Source: Promethearchaeota archaeon (GTDB taxonomy: Archaea > Asgardarchaeota > Lokiarchaeia > Sigyniarchaeales > SOKP01). From it: DNA of 64,000 nucleotides. Location: the NCBI GenBank assembly GCA_019058365.1, contig JAHPZE010000002.1, positions 1-64,000 of the forward strand. Reading direction: 5' to 3'. Positions 47,630 through 58,614 of this stretch are shown one piece after another. Every line of letters starts with the position of its first letter. Positions within the stretch are counted from its first letter, which is position 1. The position numbers and the translations under genes were made by a program. A model generated the notes under the pieces. It ran no database searches and had not been told where the DNA came from. It worked only from the letters and a program-made list of their open reading frames with translations.

Positions 47630-47744
47630 ATAAATCCTCAAAATCTACCTTCTCTTAATTAATCTCAATTAATCCATAAGTTTTTGATTGTTTTAATAAG
47701 CTAAAAAATGAAAAATAAAAAGATATAAAATTAATATATATATC

Positions 47745-48950
47745 ATGGTAGTTTATTTCGCTTTTTTATTTCATATTTATCAACCACCAGTTCAAATTCC
47801 CGTTGTAGTTAAACAGATTGTTAATGAATCCTACAGACCAATAATTGAAGCTTTGAGAGACCATCCAGATGCAAAAATTACTTTAAATATTAACGGCACG
47901 TTAACGGAGCAATTACATGATTTTGGATATAATGATTTAATAGAAGCTATCACCACACTTGCGTCAAGGGGGCAAATAGAATTTACGGGTTCTGGTAAGT
48001 TTCACCCTCTACTTCCGCTTATTCCCGAACCTGAAATCAAACGCCAAATTAAATTAAACAATGAAACTAATCAACAATTTTTCGGGAAGCTTTATAACCC
48101 TCGTGGATTTTTTCCCCCCGAAATGGCAGTTTCAGAAGAAGTTTTTAAAACTGTCAAAAAAGCAGGTTTTGATTGGATGATTATGAGTGGAATTGCCAAT
48201 ACTTTACCAGAATTTCCTACAAATCATATATCCGTGCATCCAAATGGATTAAAAGTATTATTCAGAGATGATTACACCTCAATTGATTGTGCATTTGATA
48301 AAATCAACAATATCGATGCCTTTGTTTCTCGATTGTATTATAAGCACACTTCCGAAGATTATTATGTTATACTTGCAATGGATGGCGAAACATTTGGACA
48401 CCATGTAAAACATGCGATCAATGATTTTTTAATCCCATTGTTCCAAGCATTACCACATCGAAATGATGTAAAATTATGTAATATTTCAGAACTCGTTGAT
48501 AGATTCCCTAAGGGATTTACTCAAATTCCACGAGATTCTAGCTGGTCAACAATGCCATATGATATTGCGAGTGATATCCCGTTCCCTTTATGGCTCGATC
48601 CTAATAACGAAATTCATAGAGAGCAACATAGATTTTTCATGTATGCCCTTACCTTAATTCATTTAGCAGCAAAATATCGGGATGGTATGAATGACGGTAA
48701 AAAAAGAATTTTCGATAATGCCAGAAACTTTTTGGATCGCGGAATTCACAGTTGCCAGCAATGGTGGGCATCTCAACGGCCATGGTACAGTCCAGACATG
48801 ATCTTGCGCGGATTAAATGAAGTTTTAATGGCAAGTGTCAATGCTAAGCGTAGTGTTCCTGAAAATAATCCTGACATAAAAGACGCTATGGAGCTTATTA
48901 TGAAAGATATGTTAAAAGCACAGAATAAAATTGTTTTATCTTTAATCTAA
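47745..48950 (+). CDS. Glycoside hydrolase family 57
   Basis: HIYQP, ESYRP, HPLLPLI, GFFPPEMA, AMDGETFGHH, SSWS. Confidence 0.93.
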   Translation: MVVYFAFLFHIYQPPVQIPVVVKQIVNESYRPIIEALRDHPDAKITLNINGTLTEQLHDFGYNDLIEAITTLASRGQIEFTGSGKFHPLLPLIPEPEIKRQIKLNNETNQQFFGKLYNPRGFFPPEMAVSEEVFKTVKKAGFDWMIMSGIANTLPEFPTNHISVHPNGLKVLFRDDYTSIDCAFDKINNIDAFVSRLYYKHTSEDYYVILAMDGETFGHHVKHAINDFLIPLFQALPHRNDVKLCNISELVDRFPKGFTQIPRDSSWSTMPYDIASDIPFPLWLDPNNEIHREQHRFFMYALTLIHLAAKYRDGMNDGKKRIFDNARNFLDRGIHSCQQWWASQRPWYSPDMILRGLNEVLMASVNAKRSVPENNPDIKDAMELIMKDMLKAQNKIVLSLI

Positions 48951-49124
48951 TATACGAAACAATGAAATGAATCAAAAACCTAAAGCCTATTCAATTTAGT
49001 AGAATAAAATTAGAAAATAAGAAAAAAAAAATTATCGTAAAAGAATTATTCTATTTTCAAAAAATTTCTCAAAACTAAAGCTTTATCCGTAATTTAATGC
49101 TGGAAGAAAATACTTAATTCTAAT

Positions 49125-49472
49125 TTAATAATTCTTGGACCGAATTTCATGGAACCATTGATTCCAAAAATTTAATAATTTTTCAAACTTTTCTCTGGAG
49201 ATAGAGTATTCCTTGAATTTACCTTGCTTTGAACTATGAATAAATTTGTGTTCCTCCAAAATTCTAACATGATGGGAGATGGAAGGTTGACTTCTATTCA
49301 AGCTTTTTTCAATATCAGAGAGTAAACATGGTTTAGCATTTAATAAATTTAAAATTAAAAATCTGTCTTCATTACCTATGATTTCCATACATTCTCGTAA
49401 AAACTTATTAGAGGAATTATTCTTGAATTCTTTTTTTATAGTTTTAATTTTATTCTTTGTTAATTCTTCCAT
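49125..49472 (-). CDS. ArsR family regulator (start taken as ATG 49472)
   Basis: IGNEDRFLILNLL, SQPSISHHVRILE. Confidence 0.88.
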   Translation of the reverse strand: MEELTKNKIKTIKKEFKNNSSNKFLRECMEIIGNEDRFLILNLLNAKPCLLSDIEKSLNRSQPSISHHVRILEEHKFIHSSKQGKFKEYSISREKFEKLLNFWNQWFHEIRSKNY

Positions 49473-49509
49473 GTTTTTCTTTCTCTTCTTTCTATTAATT
49501 TTTATACAA

Positions 49510-50355
49510 TTAAGACGAGAGATTTTTAATCCAATTCTCCCATAAATGCACAAATTCCATTATTTTTGGCTTATTTAATGAATAATAAATGTATTTTCCA
49601 TCTTTCCACCCCTTAATGAATCCTGTTTTCTCTAATTTCTTAATATGATGTGAAGAGGTGGATTGAGATTTACCGATAAACATCTGTATCTCATCCAATT
49701 TTAAAGATTGAGATTTTAATATTTCCAATATTAAAAACCTTTCTGGATTTGAGAATGATTTCAACCATTTGACTAAATTGACTTTATTCCCAGAAACGTC
49801 TATTTCAAGCATAGGATCTATGTCTTCATTTGCTTGTTCAAGATAATTTCTTTTTTCTAAGGGACTATCAACCTGGGAGGATAAAATATTTTTATCTGGT
49901 TGAATTAATTGTTTAATTTGTTCAAATTTTTCATTGCCTTTCTTAAGTTTATTTTTCACTTGATGATTATATATTGCGAGTTCTATTGTCGGTAGAAGGT
50001 CATCTTCATTCGTGATAGGTTTTACTATATATCCATAAGGTTCCGATAATTTGGCTCTATCTAAGGTTTTTTTATCTCCATATGCAGTTATAAATATAAT
50101 GGGAATATTATAGTTTGTATTAATAATTTTCGCGGTTTCAATTCCATCCATAGTTCCCGCTAGAATTATATCCATTAATATCAAATCAAGATTTAAATTC
50201 TTGATTTCGGAAATTGCTTCTTCTCCGGAAGAAACTATAGCAATTGGATTATAGTTTAACTTTTTTAAAAGAACCGCTATTGCTTCAGCAGTAATTAATT
50301 CGTCTTCAACGATCATAACTTTTATTTGTGGTATTTTATTATTTCTCATAATCAT
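49510..50355 (-). CDS. Response regulator, REC + ArsR-type HTH
   Basis: IVEDE, LMDI, FITAY, YIVKP; C-terminal SQSTSSHHIKKLE. Confidence 0.9.
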   Translation of the reverse strand: MIMRNNKIPQIKVMIVEDELITAEAIAVLLKKLNYNPIAIVSSGEEAISEIKNLNLDLILMDIILAGTMDGIETAKIINTNYNIPIIFITAYGDKKTLDRAKLSEPYGYIVKPITNEDDLLPTIELAIYNHQVKNKLKKGNEKFEQIKQLIQPDKNILSSQVDSPLEKRNYLEQANEDIDPMLEIDVSGNKVNLVKWLKSFSNPERFLILEILKSQSLKLDEIQMFIGKSQSTSSHHIKKLEKTGFIKGWKDGKYIYYSLNKPKIMEFVHLWENWIKNLSS

Positions 50356-50363
50356 TTTTAAAA

Positions 50364-52655
50364 TTACCAGGTAATTATAACATGAGTTCCCTTATTTTTT
50401 TCAATAAAAATCTTTCCATCCATTTGTTTGGTTATAGTGGATATAAGTTTTAACCCCATTGTATCTGAATTGTTATAATCTACATCTTTTGGAAACCCTA
50501 TTCCATTATCATACACATCTAATAATATTCTATTGTATATGGTTTTTTTCAGTGTAACAATAATTTTTCCTTTATCATTTTTAGAAAATGCGTGTTTTAA
50601 TGAGTTAGATACAAGTTCATTTATAATTAAGCCACAAGCAATAGCTTTGTCTAGACTGAAATCAATATCTTCAATATTCAATTGTAGTTTAATATGTTTG
50701 GAATTTGCTAAATAAGCTTTAAATAGATTATTAACAAGGTTTTTTATGTATTTTGAAAGACAAATCTTATTCAAGTTTTCGGAGTTGTATAATGCTTGGT
50801 GTATTAGTGCCATAACTTTAATACGATTTTGGAAATCCTTAAAAATATGGAGAATTCTTTCATCTTTTACATATTGTTCTTGTAGTACTAATAAACTTGA
50901 AATTATTTGTAAATTGTTTTTCACTCTATGATGGATTTCTTTCAGGAGTATTTCTTTTTCTGCTAGGGAAGATTCCAGTAGGGATTCATTCTTTTTCTGC
51001 TCAGATATATCAATTATATTTATATGTATGGCAGAAACTCCTTGAAATTGAATCTTTTGTAAAAATTGTCGAATATATAAATAATTGCCATTTTTATGCT
51101 TCATTCGGATATCGGATTGAAATGAGGATATATCTTCGTTTAAAATTTGATTATATTTTTCAATAGTCGTTTGTAAATCTTCAGGATGAATATGCTGGGT
51201 TATGGTGTTTAGATTCCAAAATAAGAGTTCATTTATTGAAAATCCTAAAATACTAGATATCCCTTTGTTTGCAAAAATTATTCGTCCATCAGCAATGATA
51301 AGTGTACCTAATAAGGATTGCTCTATAAGCATTCGATATTTTTCTTCACTTTCTCTTAATTCTCTTTCAGTAGAATCACGAACAATAACACCTGCAAGAA
51401 CATTGGCTATAGATTGTAAAAAATTGATATCATCTTTTGAAAATATCCGATGTTCTTTTGTATGAGCTCCTAAAATACCAAATGGGGTGTTTGTTCCTTG
51501 AATAATAACACTCATTCCGCTTATAACATCATGATCCGCAAGAAGTTTTGGGGCATAAAATCGAGTTTCCGTCTTTAGGTTTTCTACTATTACTGGAGTA
51601 GTTTTTAGTAATGTAAAACCTGCTTGTGAATTTATATTATTTTCAACAGTTGCATTTCCAACTAATCCTTTATGCCAACCCACTCCTGCCCGTAATTTTA
51701 AAAATTTCTTATCAGGAAGAATTTCAAGTACCTTTGTAAACTCAACATCCAATATTTCTGCAAGTAAAGATGTTGCTTTTTTAAATAAATTATCAATTTT
51801 TTTTTCTGTAATTGTTTCCAAACCAAATTTGGCAATTAAAGCTTGTCTATGGATATGATTTTCAATGAATTGTTGGATTTTTATGCTTTTCGTTAAATCT
51901 TGGGAAACACAGAGAATTCTGACTATTTTATTTTGTTCATCAAAAATCGGTGCTAGATTTGATGAAAGTTGTATATAATTTCCATTCTTTTTTTTAAATT
52001 GATATTCAATATTTTTAACAAATGTGCCTTCCAATACTTTTTTAATTCCGTCGGTAAGAATCATTTTATCATTAGGATGAATTAACTTATAAATGCTTAA
52101 TGAATCAAGGGTTTCTTCTTTATTATATCCTAAAAAATCAGTAAAAGCATTATTAACATCAAGAAAATTTGTGTTTAGATCTAAGGTATAAATCATAAAT
52201 TTAGAAGTTTTAAGCAATGTTTGAAATTTCTCTTCAGGTAAACATTGAGAACAATTAAAATCTTTTTGCTTATTGTAGGAATTTGTATTTTTTATCTCCC
52301 GTTTAATAGTTGGAATTAAGCGATTTAGATTATCTTCATTAATATAATCATTTACTCCAGTTTCTATCAATGAAATCATCGCTTTTTCATCTATTTCTTT
52401 TCCAATAACAATATAGGGAAGTAATATTTTTTTTTCTTTAATGATTCTTAATATTTCTATTCCGTAAAGAGTCCATGCGTCATAGTCGGATAATAAAATA
52501 TCCCACGCTTTTTTAGATAACACTGAATATAAATTGATATGATTTTCGATGAATTCCAATTGCACTTTGAAGTTATATACTTCTAACTTTTGTATTATTG
52601 AAGATGCCACATCTTTAGAATCAGAAATAAATAATATCTCACATTTTTCACTCAA
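50364..52655 (-). CDS. Sensor histidine kinase REC-PAS-GAF-PAS-HisKA_2-HATPase
   Basis: EIHHRVKNNLQ, NELVSNSLKHAF, DNGIG, MGLKLI; PAS IHPND/IHPED. Confidence 0.93.
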   Translation of the reverse strand: MSEKCEILFISDSKDVASSIIQKLEVYNFKVQLEFIENHINLYSVLSKKAWDILLSDYDAWTLYGIEILRIIKEKKILLPYIVIGKEIDEKAMISLIETGVNDYINEDNLNRLIPTIKREIKNTNSYNKQKDFNCSQCLPEEKFQTLLKTSKFMIYTLDLNTNFLDVNNAFTDFLGYNKEETLDSLSIYKLIHPNDKMILTDGIKKVLEGTFVKNIEYQFKKKNGNYIQLSSNLAPIFDEQNKIVRILCVSQDLTKSIKIQQFIENHIHRQALIAKFGLETITEKKIDNLFKKATSLLAEILDVEFTKVLEILPDKKFLKLRAGVGWHKGLVGNATVENNINSQAGFTLLKTTPVIVENLKTETRFYAPKLLADHDVISGMSVIIQGTNTPFGILGAHTKEHRIFSKDDINFLQSIANVLAGVIVRDSTERELRESEEKYRMLIEQSLLGTLIIADGRIIFANKGISSILGFSINELLFWNLNTITQHIHPEDLQTTIEKYNQILNEDISSFQSDIRMKHKNGNYLYIRQFLQKIQFQGVSAIHINIIDISEQKKNESLLESSLAEKEILLKEIHHRVKNNLQIISSLLVLQEQYVKDERILHIFKDFQNRIKVMALIHQALYNSENLNKICLSKYIKNLVNNLFKAYLANSKHIKLQLNIEDIDFSLDKAIACGLIINELVSNSLKHAFSKNDKGKIIVTLKKTIYNRILLDVYDNGIGFPKDVDYNNSDTMGLKLISTITKQMDGKIFIEKNKGTHVIITW

Positions 52656-53125
52656 ATTTCATACACTACACTAAATTTTCATTTTTTTATTAACTTTAAT
52701 ACTCTATAGAATTCCTTTATTTATAATATTGGAATTTTCATTAAAAAAATATCTGTTTATATTAGCTTCATCCAAGCTTTCATTCTAATTTTCTTAATAA
52801 TATTAACAATATGCTTTAAAATAAATCTTTTGGATACAAATCGAAGTTGGTTAATACTAGTTATCTAAGATAGATAAAGTAAAAAGGAAGACTTAATTAT
52901 TAATTTAACAAAGGATTTTTATGCTAATATAACTTTCAAGGACATTATTCCATTTTTCAATCGTATTCTATCAAATTTATCAGTTTAAAAAATTTATTAA
53001 TATAGTAAAATTTATAAATGAAAAAATGTAAGCAAAACTCATATAAAGAATTTTGATTTTTCATTCAAAATTTTTTATTTCAAAAAAAATAAAATAATAA
53101 AAATAGGAAAATAGGAGAAAAAAAA

Positions 53126-53611
53126 ATGGTAAAACTAACAAATGAAATGAAGGAAGGTTTACGTGTTCCCGGAAAAGGGGGCAGTTTGATTTATTTAGCA
53201 ACATCATCCATAGATGGAAAACCAAATATAGCCGCAATGCGCTACGTAGATTCATATAAAGATGATAAAATTCTAGTTTCAGATATGTTTTTACTAAAAA
53301 CTAAAGCGAATCTTAAAGAGAATCCTGAATGCATTATAACAATATGCCATCCAATGGATTCTGGAAGAGACTGGGTATTTAAAGGTAAGGCAATTGATAT
53401 TGAATACGGTTTTCCTCCAGATTTCGATTGGTATGGTGCTAAAGCTAAAGATATCTTAGATGGTTGGGGTGATTGGCATCATAAAGAACCTCCAGATGAG
53501 GTTCCTCCAGATGTTGTATATTCAAAACCAGCACAACGTGGTGTTGTTGTACTACATGTAGAGGAAATATATTCTATTGAAAAAGGAAAAGTAGGTGAAA
53601 AAATACAATAG
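53126..53611 (+). CDS. Pyridoxamine 5'-phosphate oxidase-like FMN-binding split-barrel protein
   Basis: LATSSIDGKPN, DMFLLKTKANLKENP, FKGKA, VEEIYS. Confidence 0.85.
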   Translation: MVKLTNEMKEGLRVPGKGGSLIYLATSSIDGKPNIAAMRYVDSYKDDKILVSDMFLLKTKANLKENPECIITICHPMDSGRDWVFKGKAIDIEYGFPPDFDWYGAKAKDILDGWGDWHHKEPPDEVPPDVVYSKPAQRGVVVLHVEEIYSIEKGKVGEKIQ

Positions 53612-53623
53612 GAGGGAAGAAAA

Positions 53624-54040
53624 ATGGTAGTAAAACTAACTGATAGAATGAAAGCTTGGATTAAAATTGGTTGTCATTTGAATGTGGCAACAAAAAAGGG
53701 GATCCCATTTGTCACGGTTTCAAGAAATGTGAAATCTGTTTCTGATGATGAGGTAGTATTTGCTTTATCTCAGGATGAATATTCTGTTATTAAATCAGCT
53801 TTATCTGAAAATCCCTGGGTCGCATTTGGAGTATCTCGAGCAGGAGGTATTCGTGCTTGTTATCAATTCAAAGGTAAAGGAACAGTTGACAAAAAAGGAG
53901 ATATCTATAATTTAAAAGTAAAAATATCTGAATTGTATTGTACCAAACCAGGATGTTATGCTGGACAAAGACTTGATACTAAACCCGCTAAAGAATGTGA
54001 AGAATGGGAACATGGTCTCTGGACCGATTTACCAAAATAA
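53624..54040 (+). CDS. Second PNPOx-like split-barrel protein
   Basis: VATKKGIP, LSENP, YQFKGKG, ELYCTKPG.YAG. Confidence 0.8.
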   Translation: MVVKLTDRMKAWIKIGCHLNVATKKGIPFVTVSRNVKSVSDDEVVFALSQDEYSVIKSALSENPWVAFGVSRAGGIRACYQFKGKGTVDKKGDIYNLKVKISELYCTKPGCYAGQRLDTKPAKECEEWEHGLWTDLPK

Positions 54041-54137
54041 TAAACTTATTACTTAAATATAATTTTTTTTTGAAAATAAATTAGGATTGAAATTGAAATT
54101 TTATTGGATTATATAATTAAAGGATAATACAAATAAG

Positions 54138-54455
54138 ATGACTGATATTGAAACTGAAGAAGGAAAAGAAATTAAAGAAAAAGTGAAGAAGAAACCAAAA
54201 AAACCTCCAAAACAAATGCCGTGGTTTATGCCCTTTATGTGTGATGGGTGTGGTGATTGCGTTGATGCTTGTCCACAAGGCGGTATTGCATTATTAGGTC
54301 TCAATAGAAAGGTTCCATCTGCTTGGTTAATTGCTCCAGATTATTGTATTGGATGTGCAAAGTGTGCAGAAGCTTGTCAAAGCTCAGCTGTTCAAATGAC
54401 GGCATATGTGGAACGAGCTATTGAAAGATATAAGACAAAAAAACCTTTCCAATAA
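54138..54455 (+). CDS. 4Fe-4S dicluster ferredoxin-like protein
   Basis: CDGCGDCVDACP, CIGCAKCAEAC. Confidence 0.9.
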   Translation: MTDIETEEGKEIKEKVKKKPKKPPKQMPWFMPFMCDGCGDCVDACPQGGIALLGLNRKVPSAWLIAPDYCIGCAKCAEACQSSAVQMTAYVERAIERYKTKKPFQ

Positions 54456-54507
54456 AGTTTTGTAAAATAAATAAATTTTGAACTGAAAATAAAAGAGGAA
54501 ATGAAAA

Positions 54508-55572
54508 ATGGTATTTGATTTAAGAAGATGTGATTTTTCAAAATGCAAGGGAGAATGCCTTGCAAGATGTTTATTCGTAGATTACGATGAAAAACAAGCT
54601 AAAGCAGATATGGCCAAATTAATTCATCAGCAACCCGCGGATATACTTGCTAAATGTGTAACATGTTATGCGTGTAATGAATTTTGTCCGCGAGGAGCCA
54701 ATCCATGGGATTTGATTAACCAAATGCAAGAAAAAACAGGACTATACATATATCCGGAAGAGGCTAAAAAAACAGCATTAGGGTGGGCAAAAAAAGAGGA
54801 TAAGATTATTAAAGGAGATCCTGGTAAACCAGCAGTGTCCATAGGAGGTTTTGCTGATGCTCTTCCATATGATAAAGTATTTAAAGGCAAATTATTTGAG
54901 GGTTTATCTTTAATAATGGGAGGATCATACGCGTGTAGAGCACCCGAAACTCATATGTGTGATGCGAATTCTTGTTTAGATAATCTACCTTCAATGATTA
55001 AAAATCTTACAGACACAGGTTATAAAGAGATAATTTTCTACCATGATGCTTGCTATGGGTTTGTAACCTCAGAAGCATTAGCAATGATGATTGAAGTTCC
55101 TTTTAAACCTATACACATTATGGAATATATTAGAAATTGGCTCCGTGATCACAAGGATCTTATTACACCATTGAATATGAAAATTGCTTATCAACGACCA
55201 TGTACATCACGATATAACCCCCATGGAGAACTTAAAGAAAATTTTTATGATTGGGTAGAACAAACTTTTGAATTACTGGGTTGCGAGCTTTTAGACCGAA
55301 AATATCAAAAGGAGAACTCTATGTGTTGTAGTTCTGGTATTTTTCCAACCCAGAAAAATCGAGCTATGGGTTACGTTAAAAAAAACCTTCAGGATGCTAA
55401 GGATGCTGGAGCTGAAGCTTACATTACATTTTGTCCAATTTGTACTGCAGTAATGCGGCAAACAGCTAAAAGTATGGAAATGGAACCATATTATATTATT
55501 ATGCTAGTGCAAAAAGCTCTTGGAGAAGATTTACCTATAGGTGGCGCTGGAATAGGTGTACCTGTTCATTAA
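54508..55572 (+). CDS. Fe-S oxidoreductase with CCG (HdrB/D-like) domain
   Basis: CVTCYACNEFCP, YQRPC, SMCCSS, TFCPIC. Confidence 0.85.
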   Translation: MVFDLRRCDFSKCKGECLARCLFVDYDEKQAKADMAKLIHQQPADILAKCVTCYACNEFCPRGANPWDLINQMQEKTGLYIYPEEAKKTALGWAKKEDKIIKGDPGKPAVSIGGFADALPYDKVFKGKLFEGLSLIMGGSYACRAPETHMCDANSCLDNLPSMIKNLTDTGYKEIIFYHDACYGFVTSEALAMMIEVPFKPIHIMEYIRNWLRDHKDLITPLNMKIAYQRPCTSRYNPHGELKENFYDWVEQTFELLGCELLDRKYQKENSMCCSSGIFPTQKNRAMGYVKKNLQDAKDAGAEAYITFCPICTAVMRQTAKSMEMEPYYIIMLVQKALGEDLPIGGAGIGVPVH

Positions 55573-55611
55573 TATTTTTCTAAATTTTTTTTTTTTTAAA
55601 AACATAGGTGA

Positions 55612-56367
55612 ATGATGTTGAGAGTTTTGATTAGTGTTCGTTCATTAGAAGAAGTATTACCTGCAACAAGGGGTGGTGCAGATATTATTGATCTTAAAAA
55701 TCCTAATGAAGGTTCATTAGGAGCTGCTTTTCCCTGGATTATAGATGAATTAAGAAATTTTGATACGAATATGAGATTAAGTGTAGCAATAGGAGATATG
55801 CCAAATTTGCCAGGAACAGCGTCTCTCTCAGCATTAGGAGCTGCTTATTCTGGAGCTAATATAATAAAAGTTGGACTTCTTGGCCCTAAAACTGTAGAGG
55901 AGGGAATATTTTTATTAAAAAAAGTCGTACAAGCAGTAAAAGATTATGATCAAAACATTTTAGTTGTGGGAGCAGGTTATGCAGATTTTAAAACTTTTAA
56001 TGGAATTGATTCATTGAAAATTCCTGAAATATGTAGGTCAGCTGGAGCAGATGTAGCAATGTTAGATACTTTCTCAAAGGATGGGAAGAAATTGTTTGAT
56101 TTCTTAGATTTAAAAAAGTTAAAACTGTTTGTGGATAAAGCTCATAAACTTAATTTATTTGCAGCTCTAGCGGGATCACTCGAATCAAAAGATATTAAAA
56201 CTATCAATAGTCTAGGAACAGATATTATTGGATTCAGAGGTGCTGCTTGCAGTGGATCCGATAGGAAAAATGGAGTTGTAGAAATTAATAGGGTAAGGAA
56301 AATTGTAGAAATCTCACAAAATCTAAATAATAATGGTAGAATTTTAAGCTCTACAACAATAATATAA
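55612..56367 (+). CDS. mfnB: (5-formylfuran-3-yl)methyl phosphate synthase (methanofuran biosynthesis)
   Basis: LISVRS..E, GADIIDLKNPNEGSLGA, IKVGL, MLDT.SKDGK, LAGSL, GFRGAAC. Confidence 0.92.
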   Translation: MMLRVLISVRSLEEVLPATRGGADIIDLKNPNEGSLGAAFPWIIDELRNFDTNMRLSVAIGDMPNLPGTASLSALGAAYSGANIIKVGLLGPKTVEEGIFLLKKVVQAVKDYDQNILVVGAGYADFKTFNGIDSLKIPEICRSAGADVAMLDTFSKDGKKLFDFLDLKKLKLFVDKAHKLNLFAALAGSLESKDIKTINSLGTDIIGFRGAACSGSDRKNGVVEINRVRKIVEISQNLNNNGRILSSTTII

Positions 56368-56414
56368 TTTTTTTTTAAAGAAAATATATTTTATTACAAA
56401 AATTTAATTCAAAA

Positions 56415-56693
56415 TTGATAAAAGTTAGGTTAAAAATTATGAATAATATTAAAATTAAGCATTTTCCTGAAAAATGTTATGCTTGTAAAACTTGTGAATT
56501 AATATGTTCTTATCATCATACGAAAACTTTTCAACCATCAATTTCAAGTATTTCTGTTGAGAGAGACCATATTAACGGGATTTGGCACTGGACTTTGAAA
56601 GATACATGTGATAAATGCCAAGATGAAGAACAGCCTTTATGTGTAAAATTTTGTTTCTATGACGCAATTACTATTGAGGAGGGTGTAGATTAA
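56415..56693 (+). CDS. Ferredoxin-like subunit partner of AOR; start probably ATG 56439
   Basis: CYACKTCELICS, CDKC...PLCVKFC. Confidence 0.85.
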   Translation: MIKVRLKIMNNIKIKHFPEKCYACKTCELICSYHHTKTFQPSISSISVERDHINGIWHWTLKDTCDKCQDEEQPLCVKFCFYDAITIEEGVD

Positions 56694-56694
56694 G

Positions 56695-58614
56695 GTGAGT
56701 AGATATAATATTAAGGGTGGTATCACTGGAAAAATACTTAGAGTGAATTTAAGTGACGAGAATGTAAGAGTAGAAGATAATAAATACGCAGAGAGATGGA
56801 TTGGAGGGAGAGCTCTAAGTAGTTGGATTCTCCTAAATGAATTAGAACCTAATACAAAATGGTCTGATCCAGAAAATTATCTTATCCTTGGTGCAGGTGC
56901 CCTAGTAGGAACGATTGCACCCGCAGCATGTCGAATGAATATTGATACTTTAAATGTCTTCAATAATGGTAAAGGATCATCTAATTTTGGGGGTCATTTC
57001 AGCCCTGAAATGAAATTTGCTGGTTTTGATCAGATTGTTATCAGTGGAAAAGCTGATAAACCAATATACCTCTTTGTAAACGATGGAAAAGCAGAAATAC
57101 GTGATGCTAATCATTTATGGGGTAAAACTACATATGAGACAGAAAAAACACTTAAAAATGAGCTAAATGACAATAAAATTGAAGTTGGGTCAATAGGACC
57201 AGCTGGAGAAAATTTAGTTCATGGTTCTTCTATCATAGTAGATTGTGGCCGAACAGCTGGAGGGTCTGGTGTTGGTTGTATAATGGGTGATAAAAAAATA
57301 AAATCAATTGTAATCCGCGGCAATAAGGAAGTTAGGGTTGCTTACCCCGAGAAATTTGTTGAAAGAGTATATGAAGCATTTCAAAAAATTATGAAACGCC
57401 CTACAGCTAAATTATTTAGAAAAAAAACACTTGGAGGACTAGTATATAACGATTCTGAACAATTCGATGAACTCTGGGAGATGATGCATACTGTAAGAAA
57501 TGCTCAAGATGTACATTGGTCCCGTGAAAAAAGAACAAAAATGATGGGAAAGAATGGCGTTGGTAAGTTTTTCAAGAAAATTCAGGCGTGCTATATCTGT
57601 CCAGTGGGGTGCCAGCCATATTCAGAAATTGAGGAAGGTAAATTCAAAGGTGCTAAGGGTTTAGGATATTGGATAAACTCTGTAATGTGGTCAGGTAAAA
57701 TGGATATTACTGATCCAGATGCATCATTAAAATATCATCTTCGTGCCAATCAGTTAGGTTTGGATGGAGATAACTCTTCCGTCGTGATGGCATGGGCATT
57801 TGAGGCATATGAGAAAGGATTATTAACGAAGGACGATACTGACGGTCTAGAACTAACATGGGGAAATGTAGATGCTATGATGGAATTACAAGAAAAAATT
57901 GCGTACCGTAAAGGATTTGGAGATTATCTCGCAAATGGCGTTATTGAGGCAGCAAAAAAACTAGGAAAAGGTTCAGAAAAATTTGCTATTCACCAAAAAA
58001 ATCAAGACACTCTTGATCCTTATCGAATTGCAAAAGGTTGGTCTCTAGCATGCGCAACATCACCCGTGGCAGGGCGTCATATGAGAGGTAGTATTAATAT
58101 ACCGATTGCATTTGGTCCTAAAGGAGCTAAATTTAATCCATATTCTTATGAAGACCAGCCTCCAATAGTATTCTGGGAATTGCGTTCAAAAGAAATAGAG
58201 GATATAATTGGAATTTGTGTATATGTTGGTACTTGGTCAGGAGTATATGCACTTGAACCCTCTGATTATGTTAGCTTAACTAATTTAGCACTTGGAACTA
58301 ATTTAAATGAAGAAGAATTTATGTTGCTTGGACAGAAATCATATAACTTAGAAAAAGCTTTTAATACATTACATGTGGGATTTACCCGTAAGGAAGATTT
58401 ACCGCATCGAAGATTTTTTGAAGACCCAATTCAATCTGGACCCCATAAAGGTGAGAAATTAGATATCAATAAGTATAATTCAATGCTGGATAAATTTTAT
58501 GAACTTCATGGTTGGGACAAAAAAACTGGATGGCAAACCCGTGAAACTTTAGAAACTTTAGGATTAAAGGATGTAGCTGAAAAATTAGCTAAAGCAGGAC
58601 GTTTAATTGAATAA
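56695..58614 (+). CDS. Tungsten aldehyde:ferredoxin oxidoreductase family protein
   Basis: GKILRVNLS, SNFGGHF..EMKFAGFD, IGPAGEN, ANQLGLD, FYELHGWD. Confidence 0.93.
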   Translation: MSRYNIKGGITGKILRVNLSDENVRVEDNKYAERWIGGRALSSWILLNELEPNTKWSDPENYLILGAGALVGTIAPAACRMNIDTLNVFNNGKGSSNFGGHFSPEMKFAGFDQIVISGKADKPIYLFVNDGKAEIRDANHLWGKTTYETEKTLKNELNDNKIEVGSIGPAGENLVHGSSIIVDCGRTAGGSGVGCIMGDKKIKSIVIRGNKEVRVAYPEKFVERVYEAFQKIMKRPTAKLFRKKTLGGLVYNDSEQFDELWEMMHTVRNAQDVHWSREKRTKMMGKNGVGKFFKKIQACYICPVGCQPYSEIEEGKFKGAKGLGYWINSVMWSGKMDITDPDASLKYHLRANQLGLDGDNSSVVMAWAFEAYEKGLLTKDDTDGLELTWGNVDAMMELQEKIAYRKGFGDYLANGVIEAAKKLGKGSEKFAIHQKNQDTLDPYRIAKGWSLACATSPVAGRHMRGSINIPIAFGPKGAKFNPYSYEDQPPIVFWELRSKEIEDIIGICVYVGTWSGVYALEPSDYVSLTNLALGTNLNEEEFMLLGQKSYNLEKAFNTLHVGFTRKEDLPHRRFFEDPIQSGPHKGEKLDINKYNSMLDKFYELHGWDKKTGWQTRETLETLGLKDVAEKLAKAGRLIE

